Source: Actinomycetota bacterium (GTDB lineage: Bacteria > Actinomycetota > UBA4738 > CALAEC01). From it: a stretch of 64,000 nt of DNA. The notes under the pieces were generated by a model, which searched no databases, was not told the origin of the DNA, and was given only the letters and a program-made list of their open reading frames with translations. Shown piece by piece: positions 26,822 to 39,198 of this stretch (position 1 is its first letter; every line of letters begins with the position of its first letter). The DNA is taken from the NCBI GenBank assembly GCA_036000545.1, contig DASYVD010000098.1:3126-67125 (forward strand). The letters run 5' to 3'. Position numbers and translations under genes: made by a program.

Positions 26822-26850
26822 TTGACAATACTGTAGTCAGCCTTTATCTT
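26822..26850 (+). promoter_or_regulatory. Candidate dnaK-operon promoter (TTGACA-17 nt-TATCTT) overlapped by a HAIR-like inverted repeat
   Basis: TTGACA at 26822-26827 and TATCTT at 26845-26850. TTGACA-atactgt-AGTCAG has the N7 spacing of the HspR operator, with 8 of 12 half-site positions matching. Confidence 0.4.
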
Positions 26851-26914
26851 TCATGTTGATATAGAGAATTCGCGTCTTCGCTACGTGAAGGCGCTTTCCC
26901 CTGAGGAGGTATCG

Positions 26915-28765
<1,851 letters not shown>

Positions 28766-28768
28766 GCC

Positions 28769-29467
28769 GTGCCCGACAGAAGGAGAACCCTCCGCCCGGA
28801 TGAGAAGCCTGCTCAACCCGACAGGGCGACCGGCAAGCCCGGTGTCCCATCAGACGCCGAGGAACGCGCCGAGGATCGAGCGACGCGAGGGTCGGCGGAG
28901 GAGGCAGTCCCGCAGGGCCCCGGAGGGGCCCGAGGAGCCGAGGCCGGCGACCCGAGCGGCGCCGGAGCCCATCGACGCGATTCGGGAGCCGACGCAGGCG
29001 ACACGAGTGACGCAGCAGGCGATGAGCTAGCAGCGGCGAGGGCCGAAGCCGCCGAGTATCTCGAGCATCTCCAGCGCCTCCAGGCCGAGTTCGAGAACTA
29101 CCGAAAGCGGGTCCTCCGCGAACAGACCCGCGCCGTGGAGTTCGCCACCGAGCCGGTGATGTCGCGGCTGCTGGAGGTGCTGGACGAGTTCGAGCTGGCC
29201 CTCGTGGCCGCGGAGCAGCGGCCCGATCTCGACAAGTTCCTCCGCGGCGTGGAGATCGTTTACGCGAAGCTCCTCGACATCCTTCGTGCCGAGGGACTCG
29301 AAAGGATCGACGCCGAAGGGCGACCCTTCGATCCGACCCAGCACGAGGCGCTGTTCCAGGTGGAAGGAGGGGACGGCGAACCGTACGTGGTGGACGTGCT
29401 GCGAACGGGCTACCGGTTGAAGGGGCGAGTGATCCGGCCGGCGGGGGTGAAGGTGGCCCGACGATGA
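28769..29467 (+). CDS. grpE: Nucleotide exchange factor GrpE
   Basis: The sequence is LQRLQAEFENYRKRVLRE...LEVLDEFELAL...GLERIDAEGRPFDPTQHEA. The N-terminal ~85 aa are disordered. Confidence 0.9.
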   Translation: MPDRRRTLRPDEKPAQPDRATGKPGVPSDAEERAEDRATRGSAEEAVPQGPGGARGAEAGDPSGAGAHRRDSGADAGDTSDAAGDELAAARAEAAEYLEHLQRLQAEFENYRKRVLREQTRAVEFATEPVMSRLLEVLDEFELALVAAEQRPDLDKFLRGVEIVYAKLLDILRAEGLERIDAEGRPFDPTQHEALFQVEGGDGEPYVVDVLRTGYRLKGRVIRPAGVKVARR

Positions 29468-29498
29468 ACGTCGGCATCGTGGGAGAGGGGCACGCCGC

Positions 29499-30638
29499 AT
29501 GAGCATCAACCGCGACTGGCTCGAGAAGGACTACTACGCGGTACTGGGGGTGGCCAAGAACGCGTCCCATCAAGAGATCCGCAAGGCCTACCGTGGGCTG
29601 GCCCAGAAGTTCCATCCCGACGCGAATCCCGGTGACCGGGCCGCCGAGGGGCGGTTCAAGGAGATCTCCACCGCTTACGACGTCCTCGGCGACGAGAAGA
29701 AGCGCAAGGAATACGACCGCGTCCGGGAGATGGCGGGGGCGGGGTTCGGCTACGGCGTCGGAGGACCCGGAGGCGGCCGGGTTCGGTTCGAGGACCTCGG
29801 CTTCGAGGAGTCCTTCGGCGACCTATTCAACTTGTTCGGCGGGGACTTCGGTGGCCCGGCCGGGCCCCGGGCTCGCCGCAGGACGGTTCGCCGGAAGGGC
29901 GCCGACCTCGAGACCGACGTTCGAGTGACCTTCGAGGAGGCAGCGACAGGCGCCACGGTCTCCGTTCGTGTGGCTGGGGCGGCCCGCTGTGAGACCTGTG
30001 GTGGGACGGGGGCGGCGCCCGGTACCGAGGTCAAGACCTGTCCCGAGTGCTCCGGGACCGGGGCGATCAACGTCGACCAGGGACTGTTCTCGTTGACCCG
30101 CACGTGTGGCATCTGTGGAGGCTCTGGGCGCCTGATCTCATCGCCGTGTCAGACCTGCGGCGGCAGTGGCCGGACCCGATCCAGCCGCTCGCTCAAGGTC
30201 AAGATTCCCCCCGGGGTCCAGGACGGCGCCCGCATCCGGGTGTCCGGCCGCGGCGAGCCGGGCCCGCCGGGCGGCGAGCCGGGCGATCTGTTCGTGGTGG
30301 TGCACGTGGCGCCCCACCGGTTCTTCGGCCGCAAGGGCGCGAACCTCACGCTCAACCTGCCCCTGACATTTCCCGAGGCGGCGCTGGGTGCGGACGTCAA
30401 GGTACCCACGCTGAACGGGACGGTGACCCTGCGGATCCCGCCGGGAACCGACAGCGGCAAGACCTTCCGGCTCCGGGGCCACGGTGTCTCGAAGACGAGC
30501 GGAAGCCGAGGAGACCTTTTGGTGACGGTGAATGTCGAGGTGCCGAAGCGGCTCTCCAAACGGGAGCGCGAGCTTCTCGAGCAGTTCCGGGAGGCTCACC
30601 CGGAGAGCCCTCGGACCGGGATGGGGAACGAGAGCTAG
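29499..30638 (+). CDS. dnaJ: Chaperone DnaJ (type I)
   Basis: J domain DYYAVLGV...HPD. G/F region. Four CxxCxGxG motifs ([32 protein letters not shown]). Confidence 0.95.
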   Translation: MSINRDWLEKDYYAVLGVAKNASHQEIRKAYRGLAQKFHPDANPGDRAAEGRFKEISTAYDVLGDEKKRKEYDRVREMAGAGFGYGVGGPGGGRVRFEDLGFEESFGDLFNLFGGDFGGPAGPRARRRTVRRKGADLETDVRVTFEEAATGATVSVRVAGAARCETCGGTGAAPGTEVKTCPECSGTGAINVDQGLFSLTRTCGICGGSGRLISSPCQTCGGSGRTRSSRSLKVKIPPGVQDGARIRVSGRGEPGPPGGEPGDLFVVVHVAPHRFFGRKGANLTLNLPLTFPEAALGADVKVPTLNGTVTLRIPPGTDSGKTFRLRGHGVSKTSGSRGDLLVTVNVEVPKRLSKRERELLEQFREAHPESPRTGMGNES

Positions 30639-30651
30639 CGAGGTGACGAGC

Positions 30652-31092
30652 ATGGCGAGCCCGAGGAAACGGAGCGATGACCGGGGGGTGTACATCATCA
30701 GCGTGGCGGCCGAGCTGGCCGGCGTCCATCCGCAGACGCTCCGCATCTACGAGCGAAAGGGGCTGCTGCGTCCCGCCAGGACGGCCGGGAACACGCGCCG
30801 GTACTCCGACCGCGACATCCAGCGGTTGCGAACCATCCAGCGGCTGACGGGGCGCGGGGTCAACCTGGCCGGAGTCAAGATGGTGATCCAGCTCCAGGCC
30901 GAGCTGGAGCGGCTGCGCCAACAGATGGACGAGATGGAAGAGGAGGCGGAGCGGGCTCATCGCCGGCTTCGGGAGGAGACCGAGCGGATCCGGCGGCGGT
31001 ATCGTGGCGACCTCGTCCCACTGTCGAGCATCAGGCCGTTGCCGTGGGAAGGATCAGCGGGCACCAGCGACGCAGGCCCGTTGGCGAGGTGA
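30652..31092 (+). CDS. hspR: MerR-family heat-shock repressor HspR
   Basis: [52 protein letters not shown]. The position after dnaJ is typical for actinobacteria. Confidence 0.85.
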   Translation: MASPRKRSDDRGVYIISVAAELAGVHPQTLRIYERKGLLRPARTAGNTRRYSDRDIQRLRTIQRLTGRGVNLAGVKMVIQLQAELERLRQQMDEMEEEAERAHRRLREETERIRRRYRGDLVPLSSIRPLPWEGSAGTSDAGPLAR

Positions 31093-31096
31093 GCCC

Positions 31097-33694
31097 ATGG
31101 ACGTCAACAAGCTGACGCTCAAGTCGCGAGAGGCTCTGGCGGAAGCGGAGCGGCAGGCGCGGGCCCGGAGCCACCAGCAGGTGGAACCGGAGCACCTCCT
31201 CCACGCGTTTCTGTCCGACCCCGAGGGCGTGGTCTTCCCGCTCCTGTACTCGCTCGGAGTGTCTCCCCGGGGCGTCCGGGATCAGGTGGAGGAGCGCCTC
31301 GAGCGGATCCCCAAGGTTTACGGAGGGACCGGTGACGTCTTCCTCGCGCCCGCTGCCAAGCACGTGCTGGAGCGCGCAGCGAGCGAGGCGGAGTCGCTGA
31401 CCGACGAGTACATCTCCACCGAGCACCTGCTGCTGGCCATGCTGGAAGGTGGAGCCGAGGTTCCGCGGCTCCTCCACGACGCCGGGCTCACTCGCGACCG
31501 GGTGCTGGCCGCGCTGGCCGAGGTTCGCGGCCGTCAGCGGGTCACCGACGAGACGCCGGAGGACAAGTACCAGGCGCTGGAGCGGTACGGACGCGACCTC
31601 ACCGACCTCGCCCGGAAGGGCCGGCTCGACCCGGTGATCGGTCGCGACGACGAGATCCGCCGGGTCATCCAGGTGTTGTCCCGAAGGACGAAAAACAACC
31701 CGGTTCTGATCGGAGAGCCGGGTGTGGGCAAGACGGCCATCGTCGAGGGACTGGCCCAGCGCATCGTGGCGGGGGACATACCAGAGGGGCTCAAGGGGAA
31801 GCGGATCGTGGCCCTCGACATCGGGGCCCTGGTTGCCGGGTCCAAGTACCGGGGTGAGTTCGAGGAGCGGTTCAAGGCCGTCCTCAAAGAGATCTCCGAG
31901 TCTGGAGGGGAGATCATCACCTTCATCGACGAGCTCCACACCGTCGTCGGCGCGGGAGCGGCCGAAGGGGCCGTGGGCGGCGGCGACCTCATCAAGCCCA
32001 TGCTGGCCCGGGGCGAACTTCGCGCCATCGGGGCCACCACTCTGGATGAGTACCGCAAGCGTGTGGAGAAGGATCCCGCTCTGGAGCGGCGCTTCCAGCC
32101 GGTGCTCGTCGCCCCTCCCTCCGGGGAGGACACCATCGCCATCCTCCGGGGCCTGAAGGAACGGTACGAGGTCCACCATGGCGTCCGGATCAAGGACGAC
32201 GCGCTGGTGGCCGCGGCGCTGCTGTCGGATCGCTACGTGACCGGGAGGTTCCTGCCGGACAAGGCCATCGACCTGATCGACGAGGCGGCCAGCCGGCTCC
32301 GCATCGAGATCGACTCGATGCCCACGGAGATCGATGAGATCGACCGGCGGGTGAAGCAGCTCGAGATCGAGCGGGCGGCGCTGAAGAAGGAGTCCGACGC
32401 GTCCTCCCTGGAGCGGTTGGAGAAGCTGGAGCGGGAGCTCGCCGATCTGAACGAGAAGCTGTCCGGGATGAAGGCCCACTGGGAGGAGGAGAAGGCCCAC
32501 ATCACCCGGATCCGTGACCTCAAGTCGCGGATCGAGGAAGCCCGGCAGGAAGCCGAACGAGCCGAACGCGACGCAAACCTCGAGCGGGCGGCCGAGCTCC
32601 GGTACGGACGGCTGGTGGAGCTGGACCGGGAGCTCGAGGAGGAGAACAAGAAGCTCGAGGAGGCCCAGTCCGAGCGGAAGATGCTCAAGGAGGAGGTCCA
32701 CGAGGAGGACGTCGCCGAGGTCATCTCCACGTGGACCGGGGTCCCTGTAGCCCGTTTGATGGAAGGTGAGATGGCCAAGCTGATGCGGATGGAGGAGGCC
32801 ATCCATGCCCGGGTCGTAGCCCAGGACGAGGCCGTTGCGGCGGTCGCGGGCGCCATCCGGCGCGCCCGCGCCGGCCTCTCCGATCCCAACCGGCCCATCG
32901 GGTCGTTCATCTTCCTGGGCCCGACGGGGGTCGGGAAGACCGAGCTCGCCCGGGCCCTCGCCGAATACCTCTTCGACGACGAGCGGGCCATGGTCCGCAT
33001 CGACATGAGCGAGTATCAGGAACGCCACGCGGTGGCCCGCCTCATCGGAGCGCCACCGGGCTACGTCGGCTACGAGGAGGGCGGGCAGCTCACCGAGGCG
33101 ATCCGCCGTCGCCCCTACTCCGTGATCCTCCTCGACGAGATCGAGAAGGCTCACCAAGACGCGTTCAACATCCTCCTTCAGGTGCTCGACGAAGGGCGTC
33201 TCACCGATGGACAGGGCCGGACAGTCGATTTCAAGAACTCGGTGGTCATCATGACGTCGAACCTGGGCAGCCGATGGTTCTTCGAGGAGTGGCTCTCACC
33301 GGAAGAGCGGCGCGAACGCGTGATGGAGGAGGTCCACAAGACGTTCCGCCCGGAGTTCCTGAACCGAGTGGACGAGATCATCATCTTCGACCCGCTGGGC
33401 AAGGACGAGATCGCGTCCATCGTGGCTATCCAGGTCCGGCAGCTCCAGGAGCGGCTGGCGGCTAAGCGGCTCGAGCTGCGCCTCACCGACGCCGCTCGCG
33501 AGTATCTCGCCGAGAAGGGGTACGACCCGAACTTCGGGGCCCGGCCCCTCAAGCGCCTGATACAACGACAGGTGGCCGACGCGCTGGCCGCTCGGCTCCT
33601 CGCGGGAGACATCGCCGAGGGTAGCGTGATCGAGATCGATCGCGACGGCGAAGGACTCGTGTTCCGGACGGCCGAGGCCGTGCGTGCGTCCTAA
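31097..33694 (+). CDS. clpB: Disaggregase ClpB (two AAA+ modules with middle coiled coil)
   Basis: Starts 4 nt after the hspR stop. [52 protein letters not shown]. Confidence 0.95.
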   Translation: MDVNKLTLKSREALAEAERQARARSHQQVEPEHLLHAFLSDPEGVVFPLLYSLGVSPRGVRDQVEERLERIPKVYGGTGDVFLAPAAKHVLERAASEAESLTDEYISTEHLLLAMLEGGAEVPRLLHDAGLTRDRVLAALAEVRGRQRVTDETPEDKYQALERYGRDLTDLARKGRLDPVIGRDDEIRRVIQVLSRRTKNNPVLIGEPGVGKTAIVEGLAQRIVAGDIPEGLKGKRIVALDIGALVAGSKYRGEFEERFKAVLKEISESGGEIITFIDELHTVVGAGAAEGAVGGGDLIKPMLARGELRAIGATTLDEYRKRVEKDPALERRFQPVLVAPPSGEDTIAILRGLKERYEVHHGVRIKDDALVAAALLSDRYVTGRFLPDKAIDLIDEAASRLRIEIDSMPTEIDEIDRRVKQLEIERAALKKESDASSLERLEKLERELADLNEKLSGMKAHWEEEKAHITRIRDLKSRIEEARQEAERAERDANLERAAELRYGRLVELDRELEEENKKLEEAQSERKMLKEEVHEEDVAEVISTWTGVPVARLMEGEMAKLMRMEEAIHARVVAQDEAVAAVAGAIRRARAGLSDPNRPIGSFIFLGPTGVGKTELARALAEYLFDDERAMVRIDMSEYQERHAVARLIGAPPGYVGYEEGGQLTEAIRRRPYSVILLDEIEKAHQDAFNILLQVLDEGRLTDGQGRTVDFKNSVVIMTSNLGSRWFFEEWLSPEERRERVMEEVHKTFRPEFLNRVDEIIIFDPLGKDEIASIVAIQVRQLQERLAAKRLELRLTDAAREYLAEKGYDPNFGARPLKRLIQRQVADALAARLLAGDIAEGSVIEIDRDGEGLVFRTAEAVRAS

Positions 33695-33722
33695 AAGTCC
33701 ACCAGCACGAATCGGAGGGCCA

Positions 33723-34045
33723 GTGGGCTATTTCGTCGTGATCTCAAGGAAGGACCGAGATTGGAGTACGAGAAGCGCCACGCTGAGGCCCACGATGAAT
33801 TCATCTCCTCGTTGATCCGGCGAAACCTCGTGCTTCTGAGGGGCGCGTTCTCCGACGAGGTGGACGGAGCCTGGGCGGCCTACGTGCTCCATTGCGGAGG
33901 TCTCGAGGAGGCCGGGAAGATCGCGGCCGAAGATCCCTTCGTTACGAACGGCGTGATGCGGTCTGTCTGCGTCGAGTGGCAGCTCGTGGGGATCAACCCC
34001 GATGCGATCGACGACGAGGCCATCGTCAGGCCCAAGGATGTATAG
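33723..34045 (+). pseudogene. YciI-family protein apparently split by a 1-nt frameshift (an intact 94-aa remnant could start at TTG 33761)
   Basis: GTG 33723 encodes VGYFVVISRKDRDW, the first beta-strand typical of YciI. The rest (EYEKRHAEAHDEFISSLIRRNLVLLRGAF...DPFV...) is in the +2 frame. Restoring one G in TGG(G)AG joins the two parts. Confidence 0.5.
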
Positions 34046-34094
34046 CGACGCTTCCTGACGGGAGAGGCCGCTTTACGCGGCCCGCCTCCCACCC

Positions 34095-34100
34095 GATACT
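34095..34100 (+). promoter_or_regulatory. Candidate -10 hexamer GATACT giving leaderless mRNA
   Basis: GATACT + 6 nt (ccccgc) + GTG 34107. Confidence 0.45.
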
Positions 34101-34106
34101 CCCCGC

Positions 34107-34796
34107 GTGGAGATCCTCTTCTTCCTCGGTTTCATCGTCCTGGCGATCGCGGCCGTTTCCCTGTCCCTGTACCTCCAAGCAAAGCGGCGCCAAGAGTTCT
34201 TCGCCTTCGCCCAGGGTTTCGGGTTCGAATACTCGCGGCGCGATCCTTTCGGACTCCTGGAGCTCCCCTTCCACCTGTTCACGCGAGGCGACGGCCGCGG
34301 GATCGAGAACGTTCTCTGGGGCCAGTGGAAGGGTCAGCCGGTCAAGGTATGCGACTACTGGTACTACGAGGAGCATCGGGACTCGGAAGGACGGACCCGC
34401 CGCACCTATCATCGCTTTAACTGCGCGGCTCTCGAGGTCGACGCGGCCTTCCCGCCGATCGTTGTTGGGAGGGAGGGCCTGTTCAGCCGGCTGGCCGACC
34501 ACCTCGGCTTCCGGGACATCGAGTTCGAGTCGGAGGAGTTCAACCGGCGGTTTCAAGTGCGGTCGGGAGACCGGAGGTTCGCGTACGAGCTGGTGGACGC
34601 CCGGATGATGCGATGGCTCCTGGCGCTGGAGCGCTCGGTGTCGTTCGAGGTGGTCGGACGGTGGATCCTGGCCTACCATGGCCGGGTTCGCCCGGAGGCG
34701 CTGGTCCCACTGATCGGGGCGGCGGCGGAATTCCGGGATCGCATCCCGCGGGCCGCTTGGGGCCAGCATGGGATCGACCAGAAGGAGGAAGCGTGA
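34107..34796 (+). CDS. Membrane-anchored hypothetical protein (DUF3137-like, LemA-associated)
   Basis: N-terminal TM span (ILFFLGFIVLAIAAVSLSLYL) followed by a soluble domain. GTGA overlap with lemA. Confidence 0.5.
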   Translation: MEILFFLGFIVLAIAAVSLSLYLQAKRRQEFFAFAQGFGFEYSRRDPFGLLELPFHLFTRGDGRGIENVLWGQWKGQPVKVCDYWYYEEHRDSEGRTRRTYHRFNCAALEVDAAFPPIVVGREGLFSRLADHLGFRDIEFESEEFNRRFQVRSGDRRFAYELVDARMMRWLLALERSVSFEVVGRWILAYHGRVRPEALVPLIGAAAEFRDRIPRAAWGQHGIDQKEEA

Positions 34797-35398
34797 GTGG
34801 CCTGGTGATCGTGCTGATCGTCCTGGGGCTGGTGCTCCTGCTCGGGCTGGCCGTAGCGACGTCCTACAACCGCTTCGTGACTCAGCGGAACCTCATCCGG
34901 GATGCCTTCGCCAACATCGATACGGAGCTCCGGCGGCGGTACGACCTAATCCCCAACCTCGTCGAGACGGTGAGGGGCTACGCGTCGCACGAGCGAGAGA
35001 CGTTCGAGAACGTGACCCGGGCACGGGCCGCCGCGGTGGCGGCGACGGGGTCCCCGGCCGAGCAGGCCGCAGCCGAGGGGCCGCTCGTAGCCGCGCTCCG
35101 CCAGTTGTTCGCCGTGGCGGAGAACTATCCCCAGCTGCGGGCGAACGAGAACTTCCTCGCCCTGCAAGGGGAACTGGGCAACACGGAGGACCGGATCCAG
35201 GCCTCGCGGCGCTTCTACAACGCGAACGTGCGGGACTACAACCGCCGGGTTCAGTCCGTCCCGTCGAACATCGTGGCATCGATCTGGAGCTTCAAGGAAG
35301 AGGAGTTCTTCGAGGTCGAGCCGGCGATGCGGGAGCGGGTGGAGGAGGCTCCCCGAGTGGACTTCACCCCTCCGCAGACCGGCGGATCCGCCTCGTGA
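34793..35398 (+). CDS. lemA: LemA family protein
   Basis: GAAGGAGG lies upstream. TM span followed by YNRFVTQRNLIRDAFANIDTELRRRYDLIPNLVETV...ENYPQLRANENFLALQGEL...RRFYNANVRDYN. Confidence 0.85.
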   Translation: MSGLVIVLIVLGLVLLLGLAVATSYNRFVTQRNLIRDAFANIDTELRRRYDLIPNLVETVRGYASHERETFENVTRARAAAVAATGSPAEQAAAEGPLVAALRQLFAVAENYPQLRANENFLALQGELGNTEDRIQASRRFYNANVRDYNRRVQSVPSNIVASIWSFKEEEFFEVEPAMRERVEEAPRVDFTPPQTGGSAS

Positions 35399-36614
35399 GG
35401 ATGGTCCACACCAGCGCGTAGATGATCGACACGGCGGCGAGCCCGTACATCACGGCGCGGGGGCCCACGTGGTCGGCGGCCCATCCCGAGACGAAGATCG
35501 ACATCGCCAGGGTGAGGGTCACCAGCCCGTAGTCGAAGGAGAACACGCGGCCCCGGATGAAGTCCGGAACCACCGTCTGCAAGCCGTAGGTTGACAGGGT
35601 CCACTGCCCACCGCCGCCGAGGTGGGCCAGCATGCACAGGATGGCGGCCACGAGGAGGCTCCCGGACAGCGGGAAGAGACCGTAGAAGACCCCGTAGGTC
35701 ACCATGGCCAGGCTGCATCCGAGGAGGACTCCGGCGAGGTCACGGGTGAATCGGCGGGCCAGGAACGGTCCGATCAGGGCCCCGATCCCACGGAAGGCGA
35801 ACAGGATCCCCGTGCCCCGGTCGCCCGCGTGGAAGACCTCCAGAGCGAACACGGGGAGCAGGCCGATGACCCCCGCGCCGAGGCCGAACCCGCCCTTCAC
35901 GGTCAGCAGGGCCAGCACGCGGTGATCCCGCCGAGCGTACCGAAACGTCTCGGCCAAGGCGCTGAGCATGCCGGCGTGCTCGCGACCCTCTCGCGCTTCG
36001 GCGAAGGGACGGCGGATGCCCATCAGGAGCCCCGCCGAGAGCGCGAAGGAGAGTCCGTCACCGACGAAGGCCGCGTTCCGTCCGAGGGTGGCGGCGACCA
36101 GCCCGCCGAGCGCCCCTCCGACGGCGAGCATCATCCCCCAGGCCGAGCCCACAAGGGCGTTGGCCACGGGAAGGTCCTCGCGGTCGACCAGGTTCGGGAC
36201 CGAGGCTGATGAGGTGGGCTCGAAGAGAGCTCCCAATGCCGACACGGCGCCGACGATGGCCAAGGCGATCCAGACCTCGTCGGGACGGTCCACCAGGAGC
36301 AGGCCCAGGATGAGTACGGAACGCGCCATGTCCGAACCGACCATGAGCCACTTTCGATCAACGCGGTCCGCGAGGTAGCCCCCCAGCGGGGTAAACACGG
36401 CGAACCCCAGGAGCTGGATGGAGAGCGCGAGCGCTGTGATGGCAGCTGACCCCGTGAGGTCGAACACCAGGCCGACCAGGGCCACGGTGGCGAACCAGTC
36501 TCCGGCGAACGAGATCAGCTGGGCCGAGTACAGGCGGGCGAAGTCTCGATTCCGGCCGAGGAGGGAAAGTGCGGCCCGGAGCCCGCCACGTAGGATCCTT
36601 CTGCGCCCCTGCAC
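35364..36614 (-). CDS. MFS transporter (EntS/MFS_3-like)
   Basis: About 12 TM spans. GGYLADRVDRKWLM is the MFS loop 2-3 motif. The 3' end overlaps lemA convergently by 35 nt. Confidence 0.8.
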   Translation of the reverse strand: MQGRRRILRGGLRAALSLLGRNRDFARLYSAQLISFAGDWFATVALVGLVFDLTGSAAITALALSIQLLGFAVFTPLGGYLADRVDRKWLMVGSDMARSVLILGLLLVDRPDEVWIALAIVGAVSALGALFEPTSSASVPNLVDREDLPVANALVGSAWGMMLAVGGALGGLVAATLGRNAAFVGDGLSFALSAGLLMGIRRPFAEAREGREHAGMLSALAETFRYARRDHRVLALLTVKGGFGLGAGVIGLLPVFALEVFHAGDRGTGILFAFRGIGALIGPFLARRFTRDLAGVLLGCSLAMVTYGVFYGLFPLSGSLLVAAILCMLAHLGGGGQWTLSTYGLQTVVPDFIRGRVFSFDYGLVTLTLAMSIFVSGWAADHVGPRAVMYGLAAVSIIYALVWTILTRRIRRSAEG

Positions 36615-36725
36615 GGCAGCCGAGGGTAGCAGGCGAACGGACGTGCCTCACGGGCCGGAGTGCCTGCGGTTGCATCCCGTCGGACTCGTCCGGGTAGGCT
36701 AGAAGCGGGCGGAAGGGAGGCAACC

Positions 36726-37373
36726 ATGCTCGAGCGCATCACCTGGATCAAGCAATCCACCTACCGCTGGGCTGGCGACGACCTCACGGTGTACGTGGAC
36801 TCCTGGGGGGCGGGCCAGGACGCACAGCCTGCCGACGTCGTGTTCATCACCCACGCCCACTACGACCACTTCGATTCGGAGGACATCGCGGCCATCCGTT
36901 CGGACGACTCGGTCTTCGTTGCTCCGAAGGACGTGGCCCGGGAGCTGTCGGGCAAGGTAACAGCCGTCTCGCCGGGAGACACGATCGACGTGAAAGGGGT
37001 CAGGGGCCAGGCCGTTCCAGCCTACAACATCGCACAGCACCGCCTAGACAAGCACCCCAAGGCGAACGGCTGGGTCGGGTACATCCTGGAGCTCGGAGGC
37101 AGCACCTACTACTTCTCCGGCGACACCGACGCGCTGCCCGAGCTCGAGGATGTCGACACGGATGTGGCGTTCGTGTGTGTCGGCGGTGATCCGTTCGTCA
37201 TGACTCCCGGTGAGGCCGCCGGATTGGTCAAGGCTATGGAACCCCAGGTCGCTGTACCCAACCACTACGGGTGGGCGGTCGGCACGCCGGCCAACGCCGA
37301 GACGTTCCGGCGGGAGGCCGAGCCGGTGAAGGTAGAGATCCTGGTCCCCGTGGTTCCATTCGAGAAGACCTGA
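36726..37373 (+). CDS. MBL-fold metallo-hydrolase
   Basis: GGAAGGGAGG lies upstream. The H-x-H-x-D-H motif is present as ITHAHYDHF, with later YFSGDTD and NHYG ligand contexts. Confidence 0.8.
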   Translation: MLERITWIKQSTYRWAGDDLTVYVDSWGAGQDAQPADVVFITHAHYDHFDSEDIAAIRSDDSVFVAPKDVARELSGKVTAVSPGDTIDVKGVRGQAVPAYNIAQHRLDKHPKANGWVGYILELGGSTYYFSGDTDALPELEDVDTDVAFVCVGGDPFVMTPGEAAGLVKAMEPQVAVPNHYGWAVGTPANAETFRREAEPVKVEILVPVVPFEKT

Positions 37374-37411
37374 ACCAGGAGAGAGCGACGAAGCGCGGCT
37401 CGAATCGACGG

Positions 37412-37684
37412 GTGGCCGCCTACCTGGTGGGCGCGGGCCTTCTGGTAGGGGGTGTTGTGGCCGTGACGTCGGCGGCCACCGGTGTGCTCATGTGCCGATT
37501 CGACACCGTGGGGGCGTGCCATGCCCTGGTGCGAACCCTGGCGGTGCGAGTGGGGCTCGTGGCGGGCGGGATGGCGGTGCTGATGTTCCTTCTCGTGGCC
37601 GGACTGATGAAGATGACCGCAGAAGACGAGGAGCGACGAGAATTACCGGACGAGGCCGCCTCGGTCTGGGGCGAGCCCTGGTAG
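37412..37684 (+). CDS. Small two-TM hypothetical membrane protein
   Basis: GTG start. VAAYLVGAGLLVGGVVAVTSAA...VGLVAGGMAVLMFLLVAGLM with an acidic tail. I recognise no family. Confidence 0.35.
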   Translation: MAAYLVGAGLLVGGVVAVTSAATGVLMCRFDTVGACHALVRTLAVRVGLVAGGMAVLMFLLVAGLMKMTAEDEERRELPDEAASVWGEPW

Positions 37685-37713
37685 CGAGGAGAAGGGATGG
37701 AGGGAGGAGGACC

Positions 37714-38619
37714 ATGACGCTGGGTTACGACGGGGAGCTCTACATCCTGGCCTTCGACCACCGTGGGTCGTTCCAGAAGAAGCTGATGGGGATCCAGGGG
37801 ACTCCCAGCGCTGAGGAGGCGGACCGGATCACTGACGCCAAGACGACGATCTTCGAGGGGTTCCTTCGAGCCATCGACGAGGGCGCCCCGCGCGACTCGG
37901 CCGGGCTCCTGGTGGACGAGCAGTATGGGGGAGAGGTGGCCCGCAGAGCCCGCAGCGAGGGCCTTGTCTTGGCCATGCCGGTGGAGAAGAGCGGGCAGGA
38001 CGAATTCGACTTCGAGTACGGGGAGGAGTTCGGGAAGCACATCGAGGAGTTCGATCCGGTCTTCACCAAGGTCCTGGTGCGTTTCAACCCCGAGGGCGAT
38101 AAGGAGATGAACGCTCGGCAAATCATCCGCCTCCGAGAGCTCTCGGAGTGGCTTCACGAGCGCGATCGCAAGTTCCTCTTCGAGCTCTTGGTTCCAGCGG
38201 AGCCGGAACAGCTCGAGAGAGTGGGAGGAGACGAGGACCGGTACGACCGTGAGGTGCGCCCCAAGCTGATGCTCGACACCATCGCAAGCCTGCAGGCAGG
38301 AGGCGTCGAGCCCGATGTGTGGAAGATCGAGGGACTGGACGCGCGAGAGGACTGCGAGCGAGTGGCGGCGCTGGTGCGCTCGGACGGCCGCGACGGAGTG
38401 GCCTGCGTGGTCCTGGGGCGCGGGGCAGACGACTCCGCCGTCGACCACTGGCTGAAACAGGGTGCCGGCGTGCCTGGGTACGTCGGTTTCGCCATCGGCC
38501 GGACCATCTGGTGGAACCCGCTGAAGGGGTACCTGGACGGCTCCGTGCCGAGGGACGAGGCCGCGGGACAGATCTCCAAGAACTACCGGCGGTTCATCGA
38601 CGTGTATCGGGCGGGCTGA
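37714..38619 (+). CDS. DUF2090 / 2-deoxy-5-keto-D-gluconate-6-phosphate aldolase-like (class I aldolase-like) protein
   Basis: GGAGGGAGGAGG lies upstream. LYILAFDHRGSFQKKL...VLVRFNPEGD...DVWKIEG...GFAIGRTIW fits the IolC C-terminal-domain family as I remember it. Confidence 0.55.
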   Translation: MTLGYDGELYILAFDHRGSFQKKLMGIQGTPSAEEADRITDAKTTIFEGFLRAIDEGAPRDSAGLLVDEQYGGEVARRARSEGLVLAMPVEKSGQDEFDFEYGEEFGKHIEEFDPVFTKVLVRFNPEGDKEMNARQIIRLRELSEWLHERDRKFLFELLVPAEPEQLERVGGDEDRYDREVRPKLMLDTIASLQAGGVEPDVWKIEGLDAREDCERVAALVRSDGRDGVACVVLGRGADDSAVDHWLKQGAGVPGYVGFAIGRTIWWNPLKGYLDGSVPRDEAAGQISKNYRRFIDVYRAG

Positions 38620-38711
38620 GGCCTCGCTCGTTCATCGTTTGGCGCTCCGCCCATCGAGGCGAATAGAATCGCGGGCTCGGAAGCCACCGACCGGCGAAAG
38701 AGGAGGGCGAC

Positions 38712-38915
38712 ATGGCCGTCATCAAGACCATCGACCTCGTAGGGGTCTCCACCGAGTCCTGGCGTGACGCCGCAGCGCAGGCCCTCGCCGAGGCGGGCAA
38801 GACGCTGCGAGGAATCGAGGGCATGGACGTGTTGGAGACCTCGGCCGTCGTCGAGGGAAGCGAGATCAAGGAGTACCAGACGCACGTCCGGATCAAGTTC
38901 CGGATCGAGCGGTAG
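38712..38915 (+). CDS. Dodecin-family flavin-binding protein
   Basis: 67 aa: AVIKTIDLVGVSTESWRDAAAQALAEAGKTLRGIEGMDVLETSAVVEG...YQTHVRIKFRIE. This parallels mycobacterial dodecin. Confidence 0.7.
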   Translation: MAVIKTIDLVGVSTESWRDAAAQALAEAGKTLRGIEGMDVLETSAVVEGSEIKEYQTHVRIKFRIER

Positions 38916-38936
38916 CCCTTCCCTCGAAAGCGATCC

Positions 38937-39143
38937 CTATTTGGGTTCTTGACCCGGCCGCTTGACCTTAGCCTTCTTCATCTCGTCGATCGCCTTCGCG
39001 ACCCCATCCTCGTCCGTCCAAGGAGGCTCGCTTGACCGGGCGAGCACCTTGTCCGCGGGATCAGGCTCCCCGTTCTCGTTTTTCGCATCCACGTACTCCC
39101 ACGTGAAGCTGCCTCCGGAAACGATCCTGTACATCTTCGGCAT
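38937..39143 (-). CDS. Small protein, possibly single YegP/DUF1508-like domain
   Basis: GAGGAGGGGG lies upstream of the ATG. FTWEYVDAKNENGE...VLARSSEPPWTDEDGVAKAIDEMKKA resembles the F-x-W-x-L...NGE...S-E-x-Y...a-x-x-x-I-x-x-V-K pattern. Confidence 0.4.
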   Translation of the reverse strand: MPKMYRIVSGGSFTWEYVDAKNENGEPDPADKVLARSSEPPWTDEDGVAKAIDEMKKAKVKRPGQEPK

Positions 39144-39198
39144 TGCCCCCTCCTCGCACCGGCCGCGACGTCATTGTGTGTGAGGGTGGACGAGCAGG

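Noticed and set aside
35364-35398. A 35-nt convergent overlap of the lemA and MFS gene ends, considered as a possible antisense regulatory arrangement.
   Set aside because: The overlap is most simply explained by slightly extended low-complexity C-termini in a compact genome. No additional structure is visible.
38620-38711. An FMN riboswitch upstream of dodecin, or a cobalamin riboswitch associated with the BtuF-like gene (56708-56714).
   Set aside because: The dodecin upstream region is only 92 nt and lacks the conserved FMN-element core. The BtuF-like gene has just 7 nt of upstream spacer, so no riboswitch can fit.
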